DNA from: Bdellovibrionota bacterium
Lineage (GTDB): Bacteria; Bdellovibrionota_C; UBA2361; JBGSMV01
Reading direction: 5' to 3'
Assembly: GCA_041739995.1 (NCBI GenBank)
Contig: JBGSMV010000068.1
Span: 1 to 64,000 of the forward strand
Length of the DNA: 64,000 nt
A program made the translations under genes and the position numbers. Each line of letters starts with the position of its first letter. Within the stretch, counting starts at the first letter, position 1. Shown piece after piece: positions 8,399 through 18,049 of this stretch. The notes beneath the pieces were generated by a model. The model was given only the letters and a program-made list of their open reading frames with translations. It searched no databases and was not told the origin of the DNA.

Positions 8399-9712
8399 TC
8401 AACACTTGGCGTCAAGAATATTTCGAACTTGCTTTTTGATGCTGGACTCAAACGAAGCGCGCCGTATGCTTATCAACTGACGGGTAGCGCCGTCTTTGAG
8501 AATGCTGCGTGCGGAGTGCGGCATATAGTTGGTGAGTCGATTGAGATCGCCGCCCAGCCCTTCAGCGAGGCCGGCTATCGCCCTATAGTACCCAATCTGT
8601 CCGGAAATCTTGCGGCATCCGAGCAGCAGCGCGGCAAGCACTTCGCCTTTTTCTTCATCTGATAGAAGTTTGGATTGAGCAACGCGCTCACCCCACGAAT
8701 CAAGAAACGGAGACAGCGGCAGCAGTAATTCTTTGCCTCTACGCAACGCGGTTACCGCGCGCAGCGGATAGTGTCTGTGCCCCTCTGCAGACATGATCGC
8801 ATTATAGACGGACAGTGCGCGCCGAAAGCTTGGCTGCCAGGCGTAAGTTGAATCAGAATCAGAGCCGTTTCGGTCGAAGCGTTCCCGATATGGCTCTTCA
8901 AGAGGCAGGCCTGCCCAAAAATTCACTCCCTGATTCAGATCTCCATAGTTATGGGTCAGGGAAGCAGCGAGCTGCGCGACTTGTATCTCCATTCCGGGTT
9001 GCATGCAGACAAAATCAAACTCGCGTGCTTCCCTCGAGAGCTCGTCACGAATCAGTTGATCCAGCTCAGACGCGGCTTCGAGTTCGTGGTGCATAAGCGA
9101 TACACCAAGTGCCCCGGCAAGCACGCCAAGCTGTTCTCCGTTGTGCCCACTGACCGGACCCACTCCAGAGTGTTCGTTTACTCTTTGTGAAAGACACGAA
9201 GTGTCCCATTGAAGCGCCGCGTGAGCGACTGTCCGCATGAGGGTTCGAGCCTCAGGGCCCGGTGCGTTTTGCCACAAGGTTCCGCGAATTTGATTGTCCA
9301 CATCTGTAGGCACGAAAGTAGCCACGGTGGTGTGGTGTGCCGCAAGACAGGCGCAGAAATAGCCGACGTAGATCTCTGTTGCACGCGATGCTGATGGTTC
9401 CCACCATTCGGGCGGAAGCGATTCGCAACGGCGTAGAATGTGAATAAAGCCGTAAGGGTCTTGGGCGAGTTCGACGAATATTTGACGTTCTTCCTCGGGA
9501 GCCTCTTCAGATTGCTTTACTGGAAGTTGGTCAAAGAGGAACGAGGCGGTGTTTCTTATAAGTGTGAGCAGTGAGGGGATGGAAATATGGCTCGCCACGG
9601 GGCGGGCGGGGGAGTTTCTTGCCTGCGGCTTATGGCCATTGCCTGCGGACGCACGAGGGGCTTTTTTGCCTTCTTTGTGTTTGCCCTCTTGGTTGTGGTG
9701 TGGCCTGCTCAT
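8399..9712 (-). CDS. Hypothetical protein with His motifs
   Basis: 437-aa ORF with GGAG-like RBS; motifs AHHTTVATFVPTDVD, SGHNGE, THNYGDL, EGHRHYPLR. Confidence 0.75.
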   Translation of the reverse strand: MSRPHHNQEGKHKEGKKAPRASAGNGHKPQARNSPARPVASHISIPSLLTLIRNTASFLFDQLPVKQSEEAPEEERQIFVELAQDPYGFIHILRRCESLPPEWWEPSASRATEIYVGYFCACLAAHHTTVATFVPTDVDNQIRGTLWQNAPGPEARTLMRTVAHAALQWDTSCLSQRVNEHSGVGPVSGHNGEQLGVLAGALGVSLMHHELEAASELDQLIRDELSREAREFDFVCMQPGMEIQVAQLAASLTHNYGDLNQGVNFWAGLPLEEPYRERFDRNGSDSDSTYAWQPSFRRALSVYNAIMSAEGHRHYPLRAVTALRRGKELLLPLSPFLDSWGERVAQSKLLSDEEKGEVLAALLLGCRKISGQIGYYRAIAGLAEGLGGDLNRLTNYMPHSARSILKDGATRQLISIRRASFESSIKKQVRNILDAKC

Positions 9713-9762
9713 GTGGAGAGAGTTGTTTACTAATTTTTGGTGATTCGCAAGTATACACGGCC

Positions 9763-11607
9763 ATGATGACCAATGATGTTGAACATCCAGAAAATTCCAC
9801 GGATGTTTCCGAGCCTGGTACGGCCGGTGCTGAGCCGGCCAAGAATGCCGAAAAAGGTGGAAGCGAAGTCCCAGCCGCGGCTCCCGATCTTGCGCGCGTC
9901 GATTCGGTGTCTCAGTTTATTCAGGTGGCTAAGGACTGGATTCCTGACGAACGCATTCGTGGCGATGTGCGGGTTACGCCCAAGGGTTTGTTTTTGCATA
10001 AGGATACCCTGGGTGTGGTCATGGAGCGCTATCAGGCTTGGCTCCATACGGTGGCCCCTCATGTTGATGAGCCTACTCCTGCCCGAATTCTTAAGCGCAT
10101 GTTCAATACTGCCGAGCCGCCGCTGTTCTATTTAATAGAGCCCAAACGCGTATTGGTCGGACACTTGATTGAGGCCCCAGTCGCTAACCCACGGCAGCTT
10201 GGTCTACCTGTGTATCTGGGAAGTTTAGAGGATGCCTTTACTCGGGTACACCCGCGCGATCCCTTGATTCAATGTATTCCTCAACTCACCGTCACTCAGA
10301 CGCCTCAGGGAGTAAGCTTTGAACTGGAAATCGAGAAACGAAAAGTGACGTTTGGGCTCGAGCTGGTGCAGTTGTTCGCGCGTTTGGCGAAGTACAATCG
10401 AGGATTGCGAGACGCTTTGCAGGGAGAAGGGCCCTGGGCATTGCGAGAAGTACTGCGGGTACTGATCGAACGGCTCGGACGAGCGCGCTGGGCTCCCGAG
10501 AACCAGCGCCTATTACTTCCTCAAAGTTCTCTCAATGATAGAGCTGGAGATTGCTTGGTGGATGGGCATCTTTTCTTTCCGGTTCGAGGGCACGGGGGGA
10601 TTGAAACGATTGTCGATCGTGATGGAGCAAATCTCTTTTCTTTCGTTCGTGCAGAAGCGTTGGCACTGAGTCGACCCCGGGAAGGCCGACCTAGAGAAAG
10701 CTCTCAGGGAAACCCGCAGGGGAGTAGAGTGAGCCCACAGGCACTCAATTCTCCAAGTCACGCAGCTACCCTTTCTGGGGGCAGGGGGCCAGGAGATCGG
10801 CGGTACGGTTCCGATCGGGGCGGTTCGAGAAGGCAGAATAATAGTGAACAACGCTCTGGTGGGCCGCGACGCGGCGAGCCGCACTCTGTTGGGCACAGCG
10901 TTGTTGGACGCGGTGTCGTAGGACGCAGTGTGGTAGGACACGGTGTCAAGAGTATCGATATTGCCGGTGTTGGGGTGTTCGTTCCTGGTAGTTCAGGTGG
11001 CATGCACCGTCATGTTTCTCGTGGGCGAAATCAGCGCGGGGGAAGGAGTTCCGGCGCGGGGCAGCGGGCAGGAGGACGAGCTCCGGCAGCGGATGTGGCC
11101 GGGCAGTTTCGGTTTTATGGAAAGAGCTACTCTCTGAGCATGCATGCGCTTGGGCAATTTGTTCGCGCGGTGGTTCGCAGTGCGCCAGAGATTTCTAAAT
11201 CACCGCTACCCGGTGTCGCGGCGGGCTCAAATTCAGGAAAGTCTTCACGAAGTGCTTCAGCCCCCCAGGACTGGCGGCGATTTTCTGTGCTGGACTGCAT
11301 TCGAGAACTTGGAGAAATCTTTGTTCGCGCCGAAGCGGTAGATGCTTCGCGAGTGGAGCGTTTTGTGAGAGTGGACTCTGGTCGCCATTTTGGAAGAGGA
11401 TCAGCTCCTGGACAATTTCGAATGCTAGAGCGTTGGATTTTCGTGGTAGGCGAGGGCGATATAATTGAGGTCTGTGCTGATAAGTTGCTCGGCGAGCGAG
11501 ATGCGGGAAGAGGGAGTGATAATAGAAGAGACGGAGCACCTCCGCGAACTGGCGACCCAAGAGGGAATCCACGTACGAACCAGTCGCGCAGGCAAGGACC
11601 CCGCTGA
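9763..11607 (+). CDS. Hypothetical protein with G/R/S-rich linkers and repeated RelE-like segments
   Basis: Long ORF (open from 9571; ATG at 9763 avoids overlap with the divergent gene); function unknown. Confidence 0.7.
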   Translation: MMTNDVEHPENSTDVSEPGTAGAEPAKNAEKGGSEVPAAAPDLARVDSVSQFIQVAKDWIPDERIRGDVRVTPKGLFLHKDTLGVVMERYQAWLHTVAPHVDEPTPARILKRMFNTAEPPLFYLIEPKRVLVGHLIEAPVANPRQLGLPVYLGSLEDAFTRVHPRDPLIQCIPQLTVTQTPQGVSFELEIEKRKVTFGLELVQLFARLAKYNRGLRDALQGEGPWALREVLRVLIERLGRARWAPENQRLLLPQSSLNDRAGDCLVDGHLFFPVRGHGGIETIVDRDGANLFSFVRAEALALSRPREGRPRESSQGNPQGSRVSPQALNSPSHAATLSGGRGPGDRRYGSDRGGSRRQNNSEQRSGGPRRGEPHSVGHSVVGRGVVGRSVVGHGVKSIDIAGVGVFVPGSSGGMHRHVSRGRNQRGGRSSGAGQRAGGRAPAADVAGQFRFYGKSYSLSMHALGQFVRAVVRSAPEISKSPLPGVAAGSNSGKSSRSASAPQDWRRFSVLDCIRELGEIFVRAEAVDASRVERFVRVDSGRHFGRGSAPGQFRMLERWIFVVGEGDIIEVCADKLLGERDAGRGSDNRRDGAPPRTGDPRGNPRTNQSRRQGPR

Positions 11608-11753
11608 GGCTGGCCGAGGTTGCCGAGCCTCACAGTGACCTATCGGAGTGACCTATCCGAGGCAGAATCGTCGGCGGAGCCCTTGCCCTCTAGGGGGTTC
11701 CGTGGAAAAAATCTAAGCAGGACGAGAGCATAAAATTTCTTAGGAGAAGACTC

Positions 11754-12443
11754 ATGAATATTGGAGCGGCACGCGTGTCACGGGCATTTTCCCATCCAGC
11801 TGGAACTCACCTTAGTGGCGTAAAGAAGGCCGGGGGTTTCGTGTGTGCTGCCATATTTTTGATCTCTGCGTCGTTTGCTTTCGCTGAAGCCGCCCCAGTG
11901 GCCGTACCGCTCGACACTAACTCGAGTGTGATTTCATGGGTGGGTAAGAAAGTTACCGGAGAACATCGAGGAACGGTTCGGATCAGCTCTGGCGAAGCTC
12001 TCCTGTCAGACGGCGTTCTCGTGGGCGGGAATTTTAATGTGGATCTGTCCTCAATTCGCGTGGGAGACATAGACGATCCCGAAGATAATCAGAAACTCAC
12101 CAAGCATTTAAAGAGTGAAGACTTCTTCGCGGCAAGTCTGTATCCGGCCGCAAATTTTACCATAACCAAGGCAGAGGCTATCCCCGGAGCGAAGGCAGGA
12201 GCGGCTAACTACAAAGTCGTAGGAGACCTTTCGATTAAGGGTATTAAACGAGAAGTTCAGTTTCCCGTGACGGTCGTGATGGAGAACGGTAAGGCTCGTG
12301 CGACGGCAAAGTTCGAACTCGATCGTACCAAGTGGGGCGTGCGCTACGGCTCTGGGCAGTTCTTTGAGAATCTTGGCGATAAATTGATCTATGACAACTT
12401 TGAAGTGGCCTTTGATGTGAACGGAGCTATTCCGCAGAGTTAA
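11754..12443 (+). CDS. YceI family lipid/polyisoprenoid-binding protein
   Basis: Signal peptide; W.GKKVTGEH.G, HLKSEDFF...YP.A.F, GDLSIKG, LDRTKWGVRYGS. Confidence 0.92.
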   Translation: MNIGAARVSRAFSHPAGTHLSGVKKAGGFVCAAIFLISASFAFAEAAPVAVPLDTNSSVISWVGKKVTGEHRGTVRISSGEALLSDGVLVGGNFNVDLSSIRVGDIDDPEDNQKLTKHLKSEDFFAASLYPAANFTITKAEAIPGAKAGAANYKVVGDLSIKGIKREVQFPVTVVMENGKARATAKFELDRTKWGVRYGSGQFFENLGDKLIYDNFEVAFDVNGAIPQS

Positions 12444-12482
12444 TTCTTCACCGTTAGTTTTTTGCCTAGCGAGCGGGCTGCT

Positions 12483-12588
12483 CTCGTGCCCTGAGTTAAG
12501 AGTTCGATGAATAATTCTCCCCGAGCTCGTTGCTCTCGTTGCGAGTTTACTCAATGAATTCTTGCAGAAGGAAAGCTCACCACACTAG
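12483..12588. mobile_element. MITE-like element homologous to the element after bamA
   Basis: 12483-12560 aligns to the reverse complement of 18111-18188 (65/78 by hand, including 30 identical bp); ends in CACTAG. Confidence 0.65.
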
Positions 12589-12722
12589 CCGGTCAGGATG
12601 GCCGGACAGCCAGCGCAGCAGGCTGGAGCGACGCGGAGCTGGGGTTCACGGGGCCCCCAGCGGAGCTTGGAGCGAGTTTGACGAAGGACAGGAGTCCGGA
12701 GTCAAAACAACTATACCTAGTG
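12583..12722. repeat. Structured intergenic repeat core, copy B
   Basis: Same conserved blocks and hairpin order as 7035-7180. Confidence 0.65.
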
Positions 12723-12776
12723 GCCCGAGCCACCAGTTTTTCTATTATGCAATTCACTTCTGACTCGGGACACTAG
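12717..12776. mobile_element. 60-bp IS630-end-like mini element
   Basis: CTAG at both ends; IR 14/16 (CTAGTGGCCCGAGCCA / CTAGTGTCCCGAGTCA); right end encodes F-T-S-D-S-G-H-stop. Confidence 0.6.
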
Positions 12777-12910
12777 CGCGGTAATGCGTCAAGCGCAGAT
12801 TGTAGGAGCTTCATTCCTGCAAGATCGCCAATCGCAATGAGGTAGATGGCAGCCCCGAGCGATTTTGAGAATACCAAAGAGCCGTAGAAGATAATGGATT
12901 TGATTTTCAT
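12773..12910 (-). CDS. Putative 45-aa hydrophobic small protein
   Basis: Read by hand, below the ORF-track cutoff: MKIKSIIFYGSLVFSKSLGAAIYLIAIGDLAGMKLLQSALDALPR; AAGG upstream. Confidence 0.35.
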   Translation of the reverse strand: MKIKSIIFYGSLVFSKSLGAAIYLIAIGDLAGMKLLQSALDALPR

Positions 12911-13297
12911 GTCATCTGCCTTACTGCCGGTCCGATAGCTTGGGGTGCTGTTTGCAGTTGCGCCCCTTAAAATCCTGCGAGAGGTCGCCCGCCCATTTCT
13001 GGTTTTGGGCGCGCCGAATCGCTTAAATATAGTATCGGAACCCCCAACGAATACTTAAGAATGCAGCGCACCGTCCGGCGCTCAGCGCCTACTAAAATGT
13101 CAAGGTGGGCCCGTTGGCTGCTTAGAGAAGGGGAATCTGGCACGAAGAAGAGCAGCTGCGGGGGCCTGTAGGGCAGGGGGGAGCCCTCTCGACCTTGGAC
13201 TCCTTAACGGTGTGTCTGGCTTCAATCCACAGCTGACTTGAGAGATAGGGTTTGGCCGGTTCCCCTCGGACAAGATTCTATCTATAACCTGCAAAGA

Positions 13298-14626
13298 ATG
13301 GATCACCTCTTTCCGCGCGTCTCGCTTAAAGCTTCTCTACAGTTCTCCTTAATGGTGGCGCTGCGCTATCTGTGGTCCAAGCGCTCTGAAGCTTTCATTA
13401 CAATTATAACTGTCATTTCAGTGCTTGGTGTTGCGGTAGGCGTCATGGTGCTCAACATGACCATGGCGATCATGACCGGATTCCAGACCGAGCTCAAAAC
13501 TCGAGTGGTAGGTGCGAACTCTCATATTCTTGTGTGGGGCACCTCCGGGCGCATTGATGATTGGAGCCAGATTGCCGAACGCATCCGTGGGGTAGCTGGC
13601 GTTCAATCAGTTTCAGCCTTCACCCAGAACCAAGCATTGCTCAAAAGTGAAAGAGGACTGGGCAATACTGAAGCGGTGGGGGTGTTAATTCGAGGCGTGC
13701 AAGAAAACAGCGCTGCTGCTGAGCAAGTTCGTGCCTACATGGGACTCTCCAAGGGAGAGAAACTTCCGCTCTTTGATCCTCCTGCGATTGAGGTCACTAA
13801 TCCGCTCGGGCAAGAAGAGAGTGTCGTGCTCCCTGCATTGGTGGTGGGACGACAATTGCAGCGAAGTCTTGGAGTGATTACGGGAGTGCCTGTCTCGGTG
13901 CTTTCTCCCCAGACCGGGGCTTCACCGTTTGGTCTCATGCCGCGCTTTAAGCGTTTTGTCATTGCCGGAATCTACCAGTCTGGTCTCTCGGAGTTCGAGT
14001 CTGGTTTGGCCTATGCATCTCTCACGGATGCGCAACGGTTCTTCAGCATGGGCGATGCAGTGTCTGGGCTTGAGGTTAGAGTGGATAACGTGGGGGATGC
14101 GCCAAAAATTACGCGTCAAATGATGGAAGCGCTTGGTGGGGTGCAATCAGGGGTGTACGCCCGCGACTGGACCGAGAGCAATCGGGCGCTGTGGGAGGCG
14201 CTGCAACTTGAGCGACGAGTCTATTTTATTGTGCTGCTTTTGATAATCGTCATGGCGAGTTTTTCTATCGTGACGACGCTCATCATGCTTGTGATTGAGA
14301 AGCGGCGCGACATTGCCATCCTGAGGACCATGGGCGCCACTCCGCGTTCTGTAGGAATGGTGTTCTTTATGCAGGGGGCAGTCATCGGAGCGATTGGGAC
14401 AGTGCTTGGAATGCTGTTTGGCTATTTCGGGTGCCTTGCGCTGCGTTGGTACGGGTTTCCATTGAACGAGGAGATCTTTCAGATGTCCACGGTGCCGGTT
14501 TACATCGAGCCAGTGAACTTTTTAGTGGTGGGTGTCTCGGCGTTCACGATTTGTTGTGTGGCGACGATTTATCCAGCCTTCCGCGCAAGTCGTCTGCACC
14601 CTGCTGAGTTATTAAGGTATGAATAG
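13298..14626 (+). CDS. lolE: Lipoprotein-releasing ABC transporter permease LolC/LolE
   Basis: ALRYL...FITIITVISVLGVAVGV, MTGFQ.EL, EKRRDIAILRTMGA, YPAFRASRL.PAELLRYE; followed by lolD. Confidence 0.9.
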   Translation: MDHLFPRVSLKASLQFSLMVALRYLWSKRSEAFITIITVISVLGVAVGVMVLNMTMAIMTGFQTELKTRVVGANSHILVWGTSGRIDDWSQIAERIRGVAGVQSVSAFTQNQALLKSERGLGNTEAVGVLIRGVQENSAAAEQVRAYMGLSKGEKLPLFDPPAIEVTNPLGQEESVVLPALVVGRQLQRSLGVITGVPVSVLSPQTGASPFGLMPRFKRFVIAGIYQSGLSEFESGLAYASLTDAQRFFSMGDAVSGLEVRVDNVGDAPKITRQMMEALGGVQSGVYARDWTESNRALWEALQLERRVYFIVLLLIIVMASFSIVTTLIMLVIEKRRDIAILRTMGATPRSVGMVFFMQGAVIGAIGTVLGMLFGYFGCLALRWYGFPLNEEIFQMSTVPVYIEPVNFLVVGVSAFTICCVATIYPAFRASRLHPAELLRYE

Positions 14627-14671
14627 CAGTTTCTATGATAATCGATCTTTCGCGAATACTGTTTCCGATTC

Positions 14672-15391
14672 ATGGCATCGAGGAGTCTTGGCTTGAGAGT
14701 TAGAATTAATCACGTCTCTAAGTCCTATCACGACGCCACCCGAGAGCTTGAGGTCTTGCGTGATGTGACCTGCGATATACCGTCCGGGGCTGCGATTGCA
14801 ATTGTTGGGCGCTCAGGTGTCGGAAAATCTACAATGCTACAGGTGCTTGGAGGGCTAGATCAGCCTAGCTCGGGGGAGGTCTTGTATGACGATGTCTCGA
14901 TTACCGCACTTTCTGAAGTAGATCGAACTCTGTTTCGAGGTCGACATGTGGGCTTTGTTTTTCAGTTTCATCACTTGCTTCCTGAGTTCACCGCTCTGGA
15001 AAATGTGGCCATGCCACTTAGAATTGCGGGGCAGGGTGAGGCACTCGCTCATCGCCGAGCTCGAGAGCTGCTAGTGCGAGTGGGACTTGAAGACCGGCTT
15101 CAGCATAGGCCTGGTCAGCTATCTGGCGGCGAGGCGCAGCGGGTCTCGATTGCTCGCGCACTAGCGCCACACCCGGCGGTGCTTTTGGCAGATGAAGCGA
15201 CGGGCAATCTTGACCTTGAGACCGGTAAGGTCGTGCAGGAAGTGTTAAGAGCGGAGCAACAGTCCGAGCGTTGCACCATGATATTAGTTACCCACAACGT
15301 AGAGCTTGCGGCTTCTATGGATATGGTGTTTGAGATGGAACCTGGTGGTGCGCTGGTCCCACGAGAAGGCGCAACTCGACCGATCGTTTAA
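14672..15391 (+). CDS. lolD: Lipoprotein-releasing ABC transporter ATPase LolD
   Basis: GRSGVGKST, GFVFQFHHLLPEFTALENV, LSGGEAQRV. Confidence 0.93.
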   Translation: MASRSLGLRVRINHVSKSYHDATRELEVLRDVTCDIPSGAAIAIVGRSGVGKSTMLQVLGGLDQPSSGEVLYDDVSITALSEVDRTLFRGRHVGFVFQFHHLLPEFTALENVAMPLRIAGQGEALAHRRARELLVRVGLEDRLQHRPGQLSGGEAQRVSIARALAPHPAVLLADEATGNLDLETGKVVQEVLRAEQQSERCTMILVTHNVELAASMDMVFEMEPGGALVPREGATRPIV

Positions 15392-15655
15392 GAGCGTGCT
15401 ATAGCCTCGGCTTCCGTATCCGTTCACGGGGTAAAATTAGCTGGTGGGGTGAGGTAATTATTGGACTGAAGAATACTTGAGTGGTGGCGATTCTATGGCC
15501 GTCCCCTGATCGGGAACGGCTGCATTTTGTGAACGGATAGTATTTTTACCCCCGATTTGCTTCGCATATCGATCCCTTGGGGTAATACAGAATTTGGTTG
15601 CAGTGGCCTGTGAGAAAACCCGTGAGCGGTTACCGTCTCCCGATATAAGAAACCA

Positions 15656-18049
15656 ATGGAATGGAACATGAGGAAGTATAGCGGTGAATTCGGTCCTGTC
15701 GATGAGCGGCAGCGTTCTTGTTGGGCGAGCCTGAAGGCTGCCAGCGTGAACAATCAGTTTGGGTCCATCACCCGTGCTCTCGTCGCGATGTTCTTCTCGA
15801 TAGTGACGTTCGGTGCACTCGCGGCAAGTGCGGAAGACTCAAAATTCCAAATCGAACGGGTCGAGATTGTCGGAAATCAACGAATCGACGCGTCGGCCAT
15901 CAAGCTTCAGCTAAAGCACAGCCAAGGAGAGCTATCTAACAGCGATATTTCAAGTGACGTAAAGACGCTCTATAGAACTGGATTCTTCGACCAGGTAACT
16001 GCTTCGGTAGTCGGCGCTGCAGGCGCGAGGGTCCTGCGTTTTGACGTTTCAGAAAAGCCAGTTGTTCGACGGGTTTTCATCAAGGGCAACGATGAGGTTT
16101 CTCAGAGTGAATTGGGAAATGTGTTTGAGTTCGATGCGCGACGTTTTTTTGATAGAACCAAAGTGAATCTGATGCTTCGCAAAGCAGTCTCTCTCTATCA
16201 GGGACGGGGCTATTATGATGCGGCATTTGATTTCTCAGTGCTGCCCGTCGGCGAGAATCAGGTCGATTTGACCTTTAGCGTAAGTGAAGGGACGCGCTAT
16301 AAGGTCCGCGATGTGACGATTCAAGGTCTAACGCTTGCGGATACGGATCCGATTCTCGCTGAACTTCAAACCAGTCGATACAAGTGGTGGAGTTCCTGGA
16401 TCACCGGAACTGGGCGCTTAAACATCGAGGCCGCAGATTCAGATCAGCTCAGAATCAGACAGTACTTGCTCGATAATGGATTGATTGATGGCGTGGTCAG
16501 TGCTCCGCAGATCGAGCGCGGGGAAGACGGCCTTTACGTTCGCTACCAAGTGGATCAGGGTGCCCAGTATACGGTTGGTGCGGTGCGTGCCAGTGGAGAC
16601 CTCATTGAGGAGTCTCAAGACAAGACTCTTGGTGAGTTGAGTTCGAAGGTGGGTGAGATCTTTAGCGCTTCAAATGTACGTAACGACTCGTTTGCTATTT
16701 CGGAAAGGTTTAGCGACCAAGGATACGCGTTCGCCAACGTAGTGCCTGGAACCTCTATTGATCGCTCCGCCAGAGAAGTGGCGCTTGATTTCAGTACTAC
16801 TAAGGGAAATTTGACCACCATCAATGAGATTAATATCCACGGCAACGACAAGACCTATGATCATGTGATTCGTCGGGAGCTCCGGGTCGCCGAACAGGAA
16901 CTTTATTCGGGCTCCAAGGTGCGGCGCAGCCAGGAGGTCTTGCAGCGGCTCGGTTACTTTGAGGAAATAAATATCTCAAATGAGCCAGTTGGAGACGATA
17001 AAATTGATTTGAATGTGGCGGTGCGCGAAGGATCGACTGGAACCTTCTCAGCGGGGGCAGGATTTTCGACGGCAGACGGTGTTCTTCTCAATGCGCGACT
17101 ATCAGAGAATAATTTTCTCGGCTCTGGCCGTAGAGCCATATTGAACATGGACCTTGGTACTGAGACCAGCAGCTACGTGTTCACGTTTGAGGATCGCAGA
17201 GTCAACGATAGTCATTGGTCTGCAGGCATCGACCTATTTAAGACCTACCGCGAGTATGACGACTTCGATCGCGATGTCAGTGGAGTTGCGCTTTCTACTG
17301 GATATCCTCTCGAGGAAATATTCAAGGAGGAGGTGCTACAAGACGTCTCCTTTGGTCTCAAATACCAGTATCTAGAAGCAGACATCACCAACGTGGAGCC
17401 TGATGCGGCTCAATTGGTAAAGGATTCAGAGGGGCTGACGCGCGAGTCGTCGGTTACGCCGCGCTTGGTGCGAAACACCATCGACAATCCGCTCAATCCG
17501 ACCGAGGGGTCAAGACAAGAGATTTCCGTTGCATTAGCTGGATTAGGAGGAAATCAGCAGTTCTACATGGTTGAAGCGGAGCAAACCCTCTATCATCCGC
17601 TGCTGGACACTCGGCGTGGTGCGCTGGTGTTCTCGTGGAGGACTAGGTTTGGCTACGGGCAAACCTTCGATGACGAAGACTTCCCGCTCTATAAGAGATA
17701 CTTTCCTGGAGGAATAAATTCAGTTCGCGGATATGCGAATCGCTCGCTTGGGCCAGTCGACGAAGAGGGAAATGAATTCGGTGGTAGCAAGCAGTTGATA
17801 AATAATTTTGAGCTTATCTTTCCATTAATTCCGTCAGCAGGGCTGAAAGGCGTGGTGTTCTATGATGCGGGGCAGGCGTTCGACGATGACGACTCGATAC
17901 ACATCGATGAGTTGCGTCTAAACTATGGCTTTGGAATCCGATGGACATCTCCGCTTGGCCCGATTCGAATTGAGTTCGGTATTCCGATCTCACCAGAAGA
18001 GGGAGAAGATTCGCTCCAGACCAATTTCTCTTTTGGAGCGCCGCTCTAG
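15656..18049 (+). CDS. bamA: Outer membrane protein assembly factor BamA
   Basis: POTRA repeats, GGINSVRGY, GIRWTSPLGPIRIEFG. True start may be further downstream. Confidence 0.95.
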   Translation: MEWNMRKYSGEFGPVDERQRSCWASLKAASVNNQFGSITRALVAMFFSIVTFGALAASAEDSKFQIERVEIVGNQRIDASAIKLQLKHSQGELSNSDISSDVKTLYRTGFFDQVTASVVGAAGARVLRFDVSEKPVVRRVFIKGNDEVSQSELGNVFEFDARRFFDRTKVNLMLRKAVSLYQGRGYYDAAFDFSVLPVGENQVDLTFSVSEGTRYKVRDVTIQGLTLADTDPILAELQTSRYKWWSSWITGTGRLNIEAADSDQLRIRQYLLDNGLIDGVVSAPQIERGEDGLYVRYQVDQGAQYTVGAVRASGDLIEESQDKTLGELSSKVGEIFSASNVRNDSFAISERFSDQGYAFANVVPGTSIDRSAREVALDFSTTKGNLTTINEINIHGNDKTYDHVIRRELRVAEQELYSGSKVRRSQEVLQRLGYFEEINISNEPVGDDKIDLNVAVREGSTGTFSAGAGFSTADGVLLNARLSENNFLGSGRRAILNMDLGTETSSYVFTFEDRRVNDSHWSAGIDLFKTYREYDDFDRDVSGVALSTGYPLEEIFKEEVLQDVSFGLKYQYLEADITNVEPDAAQLVKDSEGLTRESSVTPRLVRNTIDNPLNPTEGSRQEISVALAGLGGNQQFYMVEAEQTLYHPLLDTRRGALVFSWRTRFGYGQTFDDEDFPLYKRYFPGGINSVRGYANRSLGPVDEEGNEFGGSKQLINNFELIFPLIPSAGLKGVVFYDAGQAFDDDDSIHIDELRLNYGFGIRWTSPLGPIRIEFGIPISPEEGEDSLQTNFSFGAPL

